Source: Alphaproteobacteria bacterium
GTDB lineage: Bacteria; Pseudomonadota; Alphaproteobacteria; UBA828
Length of the DNA: 64,000 nt
Assembly: GCA_009691045.1 (NCBI GenBank)
Contig: SHWC01000006.1
Coordinates: 1,912 to 65,911, forward strand
Reading direction: 5' to 3'
The translations under genes and the position numbers were made by a program. Position 1 is the first letter of the stretch; each line of letters opens with the position of its first letter. Shown piece by piece: positions 56,474 to 64,000 of the stretch. The notes beneath the pieces were generated by a model. That model was not told the DNA's origin, searched no databases, and saw only the letters and a program-made list of their open reading frames with translations.

Positions 56474-57136
56474 TTATTCGGCGGCGGCGGATAGTTCCAC
56501 CAAATCGCCATCCCTCAACCCATAACCTAGTTTCTTGGCCATCTCGATGGTCTCTTTCGGCCAATGCACGCGGCCAGGATCGGTCCCGCCGATGATTGCG
56601 AGCATCACGCCCTCGCCCTTGCCGACATAGCGAAAGCCGCGCGACAGACCGATCGGCACCGAGACCGTATCGCACGGGTTGAGCACGACCTCGTGCGTCG
56701 TGCCGTCCTTGTTCTGCCAATAAATGCCCCACTCGCCCTTGATCGGGATGAAGACTTCGAGCGTCTCGTGGATATGGAGCGTCGCGCCCTTGCCATGACG
56801 GGCACGAATGTAGGCGACGTTGAAATCGCGGTTGTCGGTGATCGGGGGCAGAAGCTCGGCGTCTTCCACCACGCCGCGGCCGATCACGTTCAAAATCTCA
56901 CGCGCGCCGTTCGGGAATTTGGTGTCGATGAACGCCTTGGACGACGACAGCAAATTCTTGTAGCGCGCTACCCGCTCCTTCTCCATGAAGGCAGGCGAGG
57001 CATCAATCCGCTTGATGTTGCGACGCTTCGGCGCAACTGATTTGGCGCGGGCCGCGACGGCACGCTTGGCCGTGCGGCTGGTGCCGGTTGCGCGCAAAGC
57101 GGATGAGGCGCGCCTCTTGCCTTTTGACTGTGCCAT
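56474..57136 (-). CDS. Cupin-domain protein with ~50-aa Lys/Arg/Ala-rich N-terminal tail
   Basis: 220 aa. The cupin core is GATLHIHETLEVFIPIKGEW...VSVPIGLSRGF. ATG 57136 lies behind GAGGAGG, so the basic tail is probably translated. Confidence 0.7.
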   Translation of the reverse strand: MAQSKGKRRASSALRATGTSRTAKRAVAARAKSVAPKRRNIKRIDASPAFMEKERVARYKNLLSSSKAFIDTKFPNGAREILNVIGRGVVEDAELLPPITDNRDFNVAYIRARHGKGATLHIHETLEVFIPIKGEWGIYWQNKDGTTHEVVLNPCDTVSVPIGLSRGFRYVGKGEGVMLAIIGGTDPGRVHWPKETIEMAKKLGYGLRDGDLVELSAAAE

Positions 57137-57214
57137 TGTCGGACCTCCTCGACGGCGAGCCTTAGCTCATAGAGGCTCGATATAGCATAGGCCCCGGCCG
57201 GACGCGACCCCAGC

Positions 57215-57252
57215 CAAACGAAAACGCCGCGCGGGTTAAGCCCCGCGCGGCG
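57215..57252 (-). terminator. Rho-independent terminator of the chemoreceptor gene
   Basis: CGCCGCGCGGG (57225-57235) pairs with CCCGCGCGGCG (57242-57252). On the minus strand the hairpin is followed by TTTTCGTTTGG. Confidence 0.75.
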
Positions 57253-57279
57253 CTTGATTTGATCGGAGGGCTGCCGGGT

Positions 57280-59631
57280 TTAGGCGGCGGCCTTGTCCTT
57301 GCCCAGGAATTTGTCGATTTCCAAGCGCAATGTTTCGGCTTCCTTGGAGAGCTCCTCGGACGCCGCGAGTACCTGGCCTGCGTCGGTCTTGGTCTGCCCG
57401 GCGCCGTCGGTCACGGCCGTGATGTTACTGTTGACTTCCTTGGTGCCCTTGGCCGACTCTTGCACGTTGCGCGAGATTTCTTGCGTCGCCGCGCTCTGCT
57501 GCTCGACCGCGGAGGCGATGGTGGTCGAGATCAGGCTGAATTCCTCGATCGTCTTGGCGATCAATTTGATCGCTTCGACCGAGCCACCGGTCGCCGACTG
57601 CATTTCGCCGATCTTGGCCGAGATCTCCTCGGTCGCCTTGGCGGTTTGATTGGCCAGGCTCTTGACCTCGGCGGCCACGACCGCGAAGCCCTTGCCCGCT
57701 TCGCCCGCGCGCGCCGCCTCGATGGTGGCATTGAGCGCGAGGAGATTGGTTTGCTCGGCGATGTCGCTGATCAACTTGACCACCTCGCCGATCTGGGCCG
57801 CCGCGGAGGCGAGCCCGGCAACTTGATCATTGGTGCGCTTGGCCTCATCGACCGCGCGCGCCGCGGTCTTGCTCGATTGCTCGACCTGGCGCCCGATCTC
57901 CGCGATCGAGGCCGTCAGCTCCTCGCCCGCGCTCGCGACCGTCTGCACGTTGGTCGAAGCCTCCTCGGAGGCCGCCGCCACCGCGGTCGATTGACGGGCG
58001 GTCTGCTCGGCGGTTGCCGCCATGGTCTGCGCGGTCGCGCGCAACTCGGTCGCGGCGCCAGCCACCGCTTCGACCACCGTCGAGACTCGCTCGGCGAGCT
58101 GCACCTGCTCGGTGATCACCGACCATGACAGCATCGGGCCGATATAGGCGCCATCCTTATCCATGATCGCCGAGACATTGAGCTCGACCGTCTCTGGTCC
58201 AAGCGCCAGTCGCGCGTGGTATGGCAAGCTCTTCGGATCGGCGAGGGTGCGCCGTTGCGCGCCGCGATCCGTGTGAAAGGTCTCGATCGACTGACCGATC
58301 ATGTCGTCCGTGCTCACGCCGATGTGCTTTTCGATCGAGCGGAGGGTGTTGAGGCAGGTCTTGTTCAAATAGGAGAACGTCATCGTGTTGGGGTCGGCGA
58401 GCATCACATTGCTCGGCATTTCCTCGACCATCTGCTTGAGCTTGAACGCTTCGCTCACCGTCTTCTTGAGCTCGCCGGTCGCGCGCGTCATCTCGCCAAT
58501 CTCGTCGCGGCTCGGGCGAGCCACGATCTCGACCTTGTCGTCGCCCGCGGCGAGGCGTTTGACCACCGCCGTGACCGCGATGATCGGGCGCGCGAAGCGA
58601 TTGCCGATGAACAGACCGAGCGCGGCGATGATGCCGGCGGCGACCAGAATCGCGATCACCATGATCATCTCGGCCGTCTTGATCGCGGAAAACGCCTGGT
58701 CGGTCGGCACGCGCACGAGGGTCGACCAGCGGAGGACCGGATACGTGTAGGCGCCGCCGCTATGGGAAAAGCCGGCCCCCTGCTCGATCCCCTTGCTGGC
58801 GTGATTTGCGACCAGGGCGCCACGCTCGCCCTTGACAGCCGCGACCGCCGCCGAGACGCCCCTCTCGGCCAAATTGAGCTTGCCAATGACCTCGTAATTG
58901 CGCGAATAGGTCGTCCAACCCTCACCCGTGGGGTCATAGTCGACCAGCACGCGGCCCTCGGGATCGAGGACGGTGATCTCGGCCCCGCTAAAGCCCTGAG
59001 CCTTTTGGTCGGCATGGAAGGTCGCGACGATATCCTCGACCAGGTCGAAGCCCGCGAAATTGACCCAGACGCCGATCAGCTCGCCGGCGCCGTTCTTGAC
59101 TTGCGCCGAGAACGGAATGACCAAGTCTTGCGCCTCGCCCGCCACCGAGGCGATCATGGCGTCGCGATAGGGCTGCTCGACTGCCGTGCCGGTCAAACCG
59201 CCCTTGCCCTCGAGGAACTTGCCGGCGTGCGCTTTTTTGAACCAGGCGGCATCGGCGAAGGATTGCTCGTACAACGCCACCGTATCGAGCGGCTTGCCCT
59301 CGAGATCGACCAGCATGGATAATTTGTAGAGGCCGTAATTGACCATGTAGCCGTTCAACGCCGCGATTAGCGGGTTGCCCGCGTCGGGCCTGCGCCAATT
59401 CGCCGGGTCATGGGCCGCCACATTCAAGCCGAACGCCTGCACATCGCCATAGCGTTCGAACAAATTCCGGTCGATCACATCATTGATCGCGAGCGCGGTG
59501 CCCTCGAAGGGCGCGGCGAAGCGCTCCTCGAACGTGCCCTTGGTGCTCTCGAAAACTGCAAAGATCACCAACGCCGGCAGCAACCCGAATAGCAGCAATA
59601 GCCCGGCGAGCTTAGTACCGAAGCGGTCCAA
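57280..59631 (-). CDS. Methyl-accepting chemotaxis protein (two TM segments flanking a large Cache-like periplasmic domain, then HAMP and signalling domains)
   Basis: The signalling hairpin is [38 protein letters not shown] 57280..59985 has a 118-aa N-terminal extension that overlaps the downstream pseudogene copy. I prefer the in-frame TTG at 59631 ([24 protein letters not shown]), but the start is uncertain. Confidence 0.85.
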   Translation of the reverse strand: MDRFGTKLAGLLLLFGLLPALVIFAVFESTKGTFEERFAAPFEGTALAINDVIDRNLFERYGDVQAFGLNVAAHDPANWRRPDAGNPLIAALNGYMVNYGLYKLSMLVDLEGKPLDTVALYEQSFADAAWFKKAHAGKFLEGKGGLTGTAVEQPYRDAMIASVAGEAQDLVIPFSAQVKNGAGELIGVWVNFAGFDLVEDIVATFHADQKAQGFSGAEITVLDPEGRVLVDYDPTGEGWTTYSRNYEVIGKLNLAERGVSAAVAAVKGERGALVANHASKGIEQGAGFSHSGGAYTYPVLRWSTLVRVPTDQAFSAIKTAEMIMVIAILVAAGIIAALGLFIGNRFARPIIAVTAVVKRLAAGDDKVEIVARPSRDEIGEMTRATGELKKTVSEAFKLKQMVEEMPSNVMLADPNTMTFSYLNKTCLNTLRSIEKHIGVSTDDMIGQSIETFHTDRGAQRRTLADPKSLPYHARLALGPETVELNVSAIMDKDGAYIGPMLSWSVITEQVQLAERVSTVVEAVAGAATELRATAQTMAATAEQTARQSTAVAAASEEASTNVQTVASAGEELTASIAEIGRQVEQSSKTAARAVDEAKRTNDQVAGLASAAAQIGEVVKLISDIAEQTNLLALNATIEAARAGEAGKGFAVVAAEVKSLANQTAKATEEISAKIGEMQSATGGSVEAIKLIAKTIEEFSLISTTIASAVEQQSAATQEISRNVQESAKGTKEVNSNITAVTDGAGQTKTDAGQVLAASEELSKEAETLRLEIDKFLGKDKAAA

Positions 59632-59811
59632 TCGGGCGGCGAGGCCGGGTGATTTCGGTCGTGCGGTAGCATTCGAGATCGCGGAAATAAAAAGCTTCGA
59701 AAAACAGTGGGGCGGGGAGCGAATGCTAGTCGCCGTTTGATAACAATTCCCTAAACAGCATTTTGAATTGGCGGCGGCGGCCTCGCCTGGCCCGCCGTTT
59801 TCGCCCCCGGC

Positions 59812-59848
59812 CAAACGAAAACGCCGCGCGGGTGTGCCCCGCGCGGCG
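59812..59848 (-). terminator. Second copy of the chemoreceptor terminator (part of the partial tandem duplication)
   Basis: CGCCGCGCGGG (59822-59832) pairs with CCCGCGCGGCG (59838-59848), followed on the minus strand by TTTTCGTTTGG. Confidence 0.7.
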
Positions 59849-59875
59849 TTTGATTTGATCGGAGGGCTGCCGGGT

Positions 59876-60703
59876 TTAGGCGGCGGCCTTGTCCTTGCCG
59901 AGGAATTTGTCGATTTCCATGCGCAGCGTCGCCGCTTCCTTGGAGAGTTCCTCCGCGGCTTCCAGCACTTGGCCCGCCGCGACACTGGTTTGGCCGGCGC
60001 CCTCGGTCACGCCCGTGATATTGGCATTGACCTCTTGCGTGCCTTTGGCAGCCTGTTGAACATTGCGCGAAATCTCTTGCGTCGCCGCGCTCTGCTGCTC
60101 AACCGCCGCCGCGATCGCGGTCGAGATCTCGCTGATCTGACCGATCGTGGTGGCGATCGCCTTGATCGCTTCGACCGAGCCGCCGGTCGCTGCCTGCATC
60201 TCGCCGATCTTGGCCGAAATTTCCTCGGTCGCCTTGGCGGTTTGGTTGGCCAGGCTCTTCACCTCGGCCGCCACGACCGCGAAGCCCTTGCCCGCCTCGC
60301 CCGCGCGCGCCGCCTCGATGGTGGCATTCAGCGCGAGGAGATTGGTTCGCTCCGCGATGTCGCTGATCAACTTGACCACTTCGCCGATCTGGCTCGCCGC
60401 GGCGGCCAGGCCTTCGACCTGATCATTGGTCTTCTTGGCTTCTTCCACCGCGCGACCGGCCGTCTTGGTCGACTGCTCGACCTGACGCGCAATTTCGGCA
60501 ATCAAGGAGCTCCTCGCCCGCGCTCGCGACCGTTTGCACGTTGGTCGAGGCCTCTTCGGAGGCCGCCGCCACCGCGCTCGATTGACGCGAGCGTACTCTC
60601 CGGGTTTTAGGTGTGTTGGACCACGTGGATTGGGCCAGGCCTTGCATATCTCTGCGCTTGCTTCCCACTGCAAAATCCCGATCAGCCCCGCGATGAAGGG
60701 CAT
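59876..60703 (-). pseudogene. Truncated, frameshifted paralogous copy of the chemoreceptor signalling domain
   Basis: The C-terminal ~205 aa align with the neighbouring MCP at roughly 85% identity by eye. Upstream homology ([26 protein letters not shown]) continues in another frame (ORF 60423..60668) because of a 5-nt deletion near 60506. Homology to the MCP ends at ~60588. No sensor, TM or HAMP region is present. Confidence 0.75.
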
Positions 60704-60892
60704 TTCGGCTTGATCATTAATCCCCCAACATCGTTAAGAGACCGTTGACGCTGATCGATTTTTGGCTTGGCGCGCGCCGGCGACTATTTCGCCGATGAAC
60801 CGGGCTCAAAGATCGGCGCTAAGGGGCAGGTTTCCGAGCTTTATGGGCGATGGTACGGCGCCGTCCGTGGCGCGTGAAAGACCCGGTGAACA

Positions 60893-61444
60893 TCAAAAAC
60901 TTGGTGGCGTGCAAGCACTGACAACTTCGCACGGCTCGGGCCCGACATTGCGAAAGCGGTGCGGCACGCGGGAATCGAAATAATAGGCCTCGCCGGGCCC
61001 TAGCACGCGGCGCTGATCGCCGACCGTGACCTCAAGCTGGCCGACGATGATGACGCCGCCTTCCTCGGCGTCGTGGCGCAGCATGGCCTTGCCGGTATCG
61101 GCGCCGGGCGCGTAGTGCTCATGAAGGATTTGGAGCGCGCGGCCGGCCAGATCGCGCCCGACTTGGCGATAGGAAATGGCGCCGCCGCCGCCGATCTCCA
61201 GCAATTCGTGATGACCGAAAAATATCTTCTGCCGGGGTGTCGCCGGCAGCGCGAAGAAATCGGCGAGCGACATCGGAATGCCGTCGAGCACCTTCTTGAG
61301 CGAGGAGAGCGAGGGGCTGACCCGGTTCTGCTCGATCAGGGAGATCGTGCCATTGGTCACGCCGGCGCGCTTGGCGAGCTCGCGTTGCGACAACGCGTGC
61401 ATCTCACGCACCGCGCGCAGCCTTGCGCCCAAATCGAAATCCAT
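60893..61444 (-). CDS. XRE-family HTH transcriptional regulator with C-terminal cupin domain (PuuR-like architecture)
   Basis: ORF trimmed to ATG 61444 (MDFDLGARLRAVREMHALSQRELAKRAGVTNGTISLIEQNRVSPS). The cupin C-terminus is GEAYYFDSRVPHRFRN. Confidence 0.85.
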   Translation of the reverse strand: MDFDLGARLRAVREMHALSQRELAKRAGVTNGTISLIEQNRVSPSLSSLKKVLDGIPMSLADFFALPATPRQKIFFGHHELLEIGGGGAISYRQVGRDLAGRALQILHEHYAPGADTGKAMLRHDAEEGGVIIVGQLEVTVGDQRRVLGPGEAYYFDSRVPHRFRNVGPEPCEVVSACTPPSF

Positions 61445-61509
61445 GATCGTGCCTCCATGACGGTGGGTGCGAGGACGGACATCGATCGCGGCCGTTGCTC
61501 CTCCTTTTG

Positions 61510-61587
61510 TCGTCATTGCCGGGCTTGACCCGGCAATCCAGTTTTCGGAAGAGGCCTGGATGCCCGGCTTAAGGCCGGGCATGACGA
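61510..61587. repeat. Composite palindromic intergenic element (two adjacent GC-rich hairpins inside outer arms TCGTCAT/ATGACGA)
   Basis: ATTGCCGGGCTTGACCCGGCAAT lies at 61515-61537 and ATGCCCGGCTTAAGGCCGGGCAT at 61560-61582. It resembles the CCGGGC-type REP elements common in alphaproteobacterial genomes. Confidence 0.6.
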
Positions 61588-61725
61588 ATTGGGGAAGCGG
61601 CCCCACAGCCTCGCACAGCGTTTACAACGTCTATTATATTAAACGTATGTGATTTAAACGTCAATGAACCAGCAGTTTTCTGGCATTATTTGGAACCGGT
61701 TGTCTATTTTTTTGTCAGATGATAG

Positions 61726-61737
61726 TGTGATCACAGA
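61726..61737 (+). promoter_or_regulatory. Candidate operator TGTGATCACAGA (second copy)
   Basis: Read directly, ~30 nt upstream of the aminotransferase ATG in the divergent regulator/aminotransferase intergenic region. It is identical to the 12-mer at 5652-5663. Confidence 0.45.
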
Positions 61738-61761
61738 TCCACGCCGAACCGGAGGCCTGTC

Positions 61762-63105
61762 ATGTCCGAGCGTTCCGACGCCGCCCGCTATGAGAGCATG
61801 CCGAACGATCTCGAGCCCTATTGGATGGGCTTCACGCCGAACCGCCAATTCAAGAAAAAGCCGCGCCTCTTGGTCGCGGCCGAAGGCATGTATTACACCA
61901 CCGTCGATGGCCGCCAGATCATCGACGGCACGGCCGGGCTCTGGTGCGTCAATGCCGGCCATGGGCGGAAGGAAATCACCGAGGCGGTGTCAGCCCAGGT
62001 TGGCCGCATGGAATATGCGCCGGCCTTCCAAATGGGCCATCCGGCGGCGTTTGAGCTGGCGGCCCGCCTCGTGCAGATGCTGCCGGGCGATCTCGACCAT
62101 GCGTTTTTCACCAATTCGGGCTCTGAATCGGTCGACACCGCGCTCAAGATCGCGCTGGCCTATCATCGCGTGCGCGGCGAAGGCACGCGCACGCGGCTGA
62201 TCGGGCGCGAGCGCGGCTATCATGGCGTCGGTTTCGGCGGCATCTCGGTCGGCGGCATGGTCGCCAACCGCAAATTCTTCGGCGCCATGCTGCCCGGCGT
62301 CGATCACATTCAGCACACTTATAACCACGAGAAGCAGGCGTATTCCCACGGCCAGCCCGAATGGGGCGCGCATTTGGCCGATGACCTAGAGCGCGTCGTC
62401 GCGCTGCACGATGCCTCGAACATCGCGGCCGTGATCGTTGAGCCGGTGGCGTGCTCCACCGGCGTGTTGGTGCCGCCCAAGGGTTATCTCGAAAAGCTCC
62501 GCGCGATTTGCGACAAGCACGGCATTTTGTTGATTTTTGACGAGGTGATCACCGGCTTCGGGCGGCTCGGTTCAAGCTTCGCGAGCGAATATTTCGGCAT
62601 CGTGCCCGATCTGATCACCGTGGCGAAGGGCTTGACCAATGCCGCGATTCCGATGGGCGCGGTGTTCGCGCGCAAGAAAATCTACGACGCCTTCATGCAG
62701 GGGCCGGAGAACGCCATCGAGCTGTTCCATGGCTATACCTATTCGGGCCATCCGGTGGCGTGCGCCGCCGGCCATGCGGCGCTCGACATCTATCAGAAGG
62801 ATGGTTTGTTCGAGCGCGCGCGCGATCTGGCACCCTATTGGGAAAAGGCGATGCATTCGCTCAAGGGCGCGCGTAACGTGATCGACACGCGCAATCTCGG
62901 CATCATCGGTGCGATCGAGTTGGAACCGCTTGCCGGCAAGCCGACCGCGCGGGCGTTCGATGTGTTCCTGCGCTGTTATGAGAAGGGCGTGCTCATTCGT
63001 ACGACCGGCGATATCATCGCGCTGTCGCCGCCCTTGATCATCGAGAAGTCGCACATTGACCGCATTGTCGAGACGATCAACGAATCGCTCAAGGAAGCCG
63101 CTTAG
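61762..63105 (+). CDS. Class III PLP-dependent omega-aminotransferase (beta-alanine/putrescine/taurine:pyruvate transaminase type)
   Basis: 447 aa with LIFDEVITGFGRLG and the PLP lysine in DLITVAKGLT. Confidence 0.85.
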   Translation: MSERSDAARYESMPNDLEPYWMGFTPNRQFKKKPRLLVAAEGMYYTTVDGRQIIDGTAGLWCVNAGHGRKEITEAVSAQVGRMEYAPAFQMGHPAAFELAARLVQMLPGDLDHAFFTNSGSESVDTALKIALAYHRVRGEGTRTRLIGRERGYHGVGFGGISVGGMVANRKFFGAMLPGVDHIQHTYNHEKQAYSHGQPEWGAHLADDLERVVALHDASNIAAVIVEPVACSTGVLVPPKGYLEKLRAICDKHGILLIFDEVITGFGRLGSSFASEYFGIVPDLITVAKGLTNAAIPMGAVFARKKIYDAFMQGPENAIELFHGYTYSGHPVACAAGHAALDIYQKDGLFERARDLAPYWEKAMHSLKGARNVIDTRNLGIIGAIELEPLAGKPTARAFDVFLRCYEKGVLIRTTGDIIALSPPLIIEKSHIDRIVETINESLKEAA

Positions 63106-63119
63106 GGCGAATTGTTTTC

Positions 63120-63150
63120 CGGGGCCGGTCCAAAAAATGGACCGGCCCCG
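63120..63150 (+). terminator. 12-bp perfect stem-loop after the aminotransferase gene (terminator/attenuator candidate; no 3' T-tract)
   Basis: CGGGGCCGGTCC (63120-63131) pairs with GGACCGGCCCCG (63139-63150). The loop is AAAAAAT. Confidence 0.4.
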
Positions 63151-63218
63151 ATGCCGCATCACCCGAGACATTTTCGCGATTCAATGACCCATGAACGGAC
63201 GAGTCTAAGGAGCGAGTC

Positions 63219-64000
63219 ATGCTTGTCGGTGTTCCGAAGGAAATGAAGGTTCATGAATACCGGGTCGGACTGCCGCCGGCCGGCGTGGGCGAGCTCATCC
63301 ATCACGGTCACAAGGTGATCGTGCAAAAAGGCGCCGGCACGTCGATTGGTTTCGATGACGCGCACTATCAGGCCGTGGGCGCGACGCTGGTTGACAGCGC
63401 GGCGGAGATTTTCGCCAGGGCCGACATGATCGTGAAGGTGAAGGAGCCGCAAGCGGTTGAATGGAAGATGCTGCGCGAGAATCAAGTGCTGTTCACCTAT
63501 TTGCATCTGGCGCCCGACCCCGAACAGACCAAGGGCTTGATCGGCTCAGGCGCGATCGCGATTGCCTATGAAACCGTGACCGATGCGCAAGGCGGCCTGC
63601 CGCTGCTCGCGCCGATGAGCGAGGTGGCGGGGCGCATGTCGATCCATGCCGGCGCCACTTGTTTGGAAAAAGCCAAAGGCGGGCGCGGCGTGTTGATCGG
63701 CGGCGTGCCGGGCGTTGCGCCAGCCGATGTGGTGATCTTGGGCGGCGGTGTCGTTGGCATGCAGGCCGCGCGCATGGCCTCGGGCATGGGCGCGAATGTC
63801 GTGATCATCGAGCGCTCGATCCCACGCATGCGTTATCTCGACGATGTGTTCGGCGGGCGCGTGACGACGATTTTCTCGACCAAGCAATCGATCGAAGAGC
63901 ACGTGACCAATGCCGATCTCGTGATTGGCGGCGTGTTGATCGCGGGCGCCGCGGCACCGAAGCTTGTGACGCACGACATGCTGAAGCGCATGCGGCGCGG
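63219..64000 (+). CDS. ald: Alanine dehydrogenase (partial; 3' end lies beyond the window edge)
   Basis: Absent from the ORF track because there is no stop in the window. From ATG 63219, behind AAGGAG, it reads [40 protein letters not shown]...MIVKVKEP...[15 protein letters not shown]. Confidence 0.9.
   Translation, partial: MLVGVPKEMKVHEYRVGLPPAGVGELIHHGHKVIVQKGAGTSIGFDDAHYQAVGATLVDSAAEIFARADMIVKVKEPQAVEWKMLRENQVLFTYLHLAPDPEQTKGLIGSGAIAIAYETVTDAQGGLPLLAPMSEVAGRMSIHAGATCLEKAKGGRGVLIGGVPGVAPADVVILGGGVVGMQAARMASGMGANVVIIERSIPRMRYLDDVFGGRVTTIFSTKQSIEEHVTNADLVIGGVLIAGAAAPKLVTHDMLKRMRR

Noticed and set aside
57212-60590. Repeated ~780-bp segments considered as a CRISPR array, an IS element or an assembly duplication
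   Set aside because: There are only two copies, both are coding-homologous and ~15% diverged, and there are no spacers, transposase genes or terminal inverted repeats.
57259-60610. Several 280-370-aa plus-strand ORFs (57259..58128, 58216..59322, 59768..60610) opposite the chemoreceptor genes
   Set aside because: These are mirror-image ORFs of the Ala/Glu/Gln-rich coiled-coil MCP sequence. Their translations are Arg/Gly/Leu/Asp low-complexity.

Overview
This is a high-GC, alphaproteobacterial-type chromosomal segment with about 60 densely packed protein-coding genes. Most are core housekeeping genes in familiar syntenic blocks: clpS-clpA, ndk, holC-pepA, lptF-lptG-lptD-surA-rsmA, gmk, yicC, mltG, fabD-fabG-acpP-fabF, rpsF-rpsR-(DUF2232)-rplI, cfa, dnaB-alr, mlaEF, radA-cvpA-purF, der-bamB-yfgM-like and gcrA. 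The accessory content has five parts: (1) a PotD-type ABC importer beside TauD-family and VOC genes; (2) a cytochrome c plus cupredoxin-NirK nitrite reductase locus; (3) a dCache chemoreceptor followed by a decayed partial tandem copy; (4) an XRE-cupin regulator, omega-transaminase and alanine dehydrogenase module; (5) a ~1 kb low-GC insert inside a decaying glycosyltransferase/epimerase mini-locus. I saw no rRNA, tRNA, CRISPR array, transposase, integrase or recognisable defence system, and I cannot point to a clear novel multi-gene system. Four observations deserve a second look. First, the NirK locus looks like a four-domain haem-c/cupredoxin/NirK enzyme split at an 8-nt overlap. The NirK ORF has no export signal, and its cupredoxin domain has lost the Cys and His copper ligands. 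Second, the low-GC insert encodes a cupin fused to a membrane domain, and its right-hand breakpoint truncates an epimerase gene that was translationally coupled to gmk. Third, the 12-mer TGTGATCACAGA occurs upstream of two amine-related transcription units 56 kb apart. Fourth, ribosomal protein S18 carries an unusual Gly-rich low-complexity N-terminal extension encoded by a (GGC)n tandem repeat. All product calls rest on motif recognition in the supplied translations; no database search was possible. Many ORF-track entries are 5'-extended or antisense high-GC artefacts, and I trimmed or rejected them.
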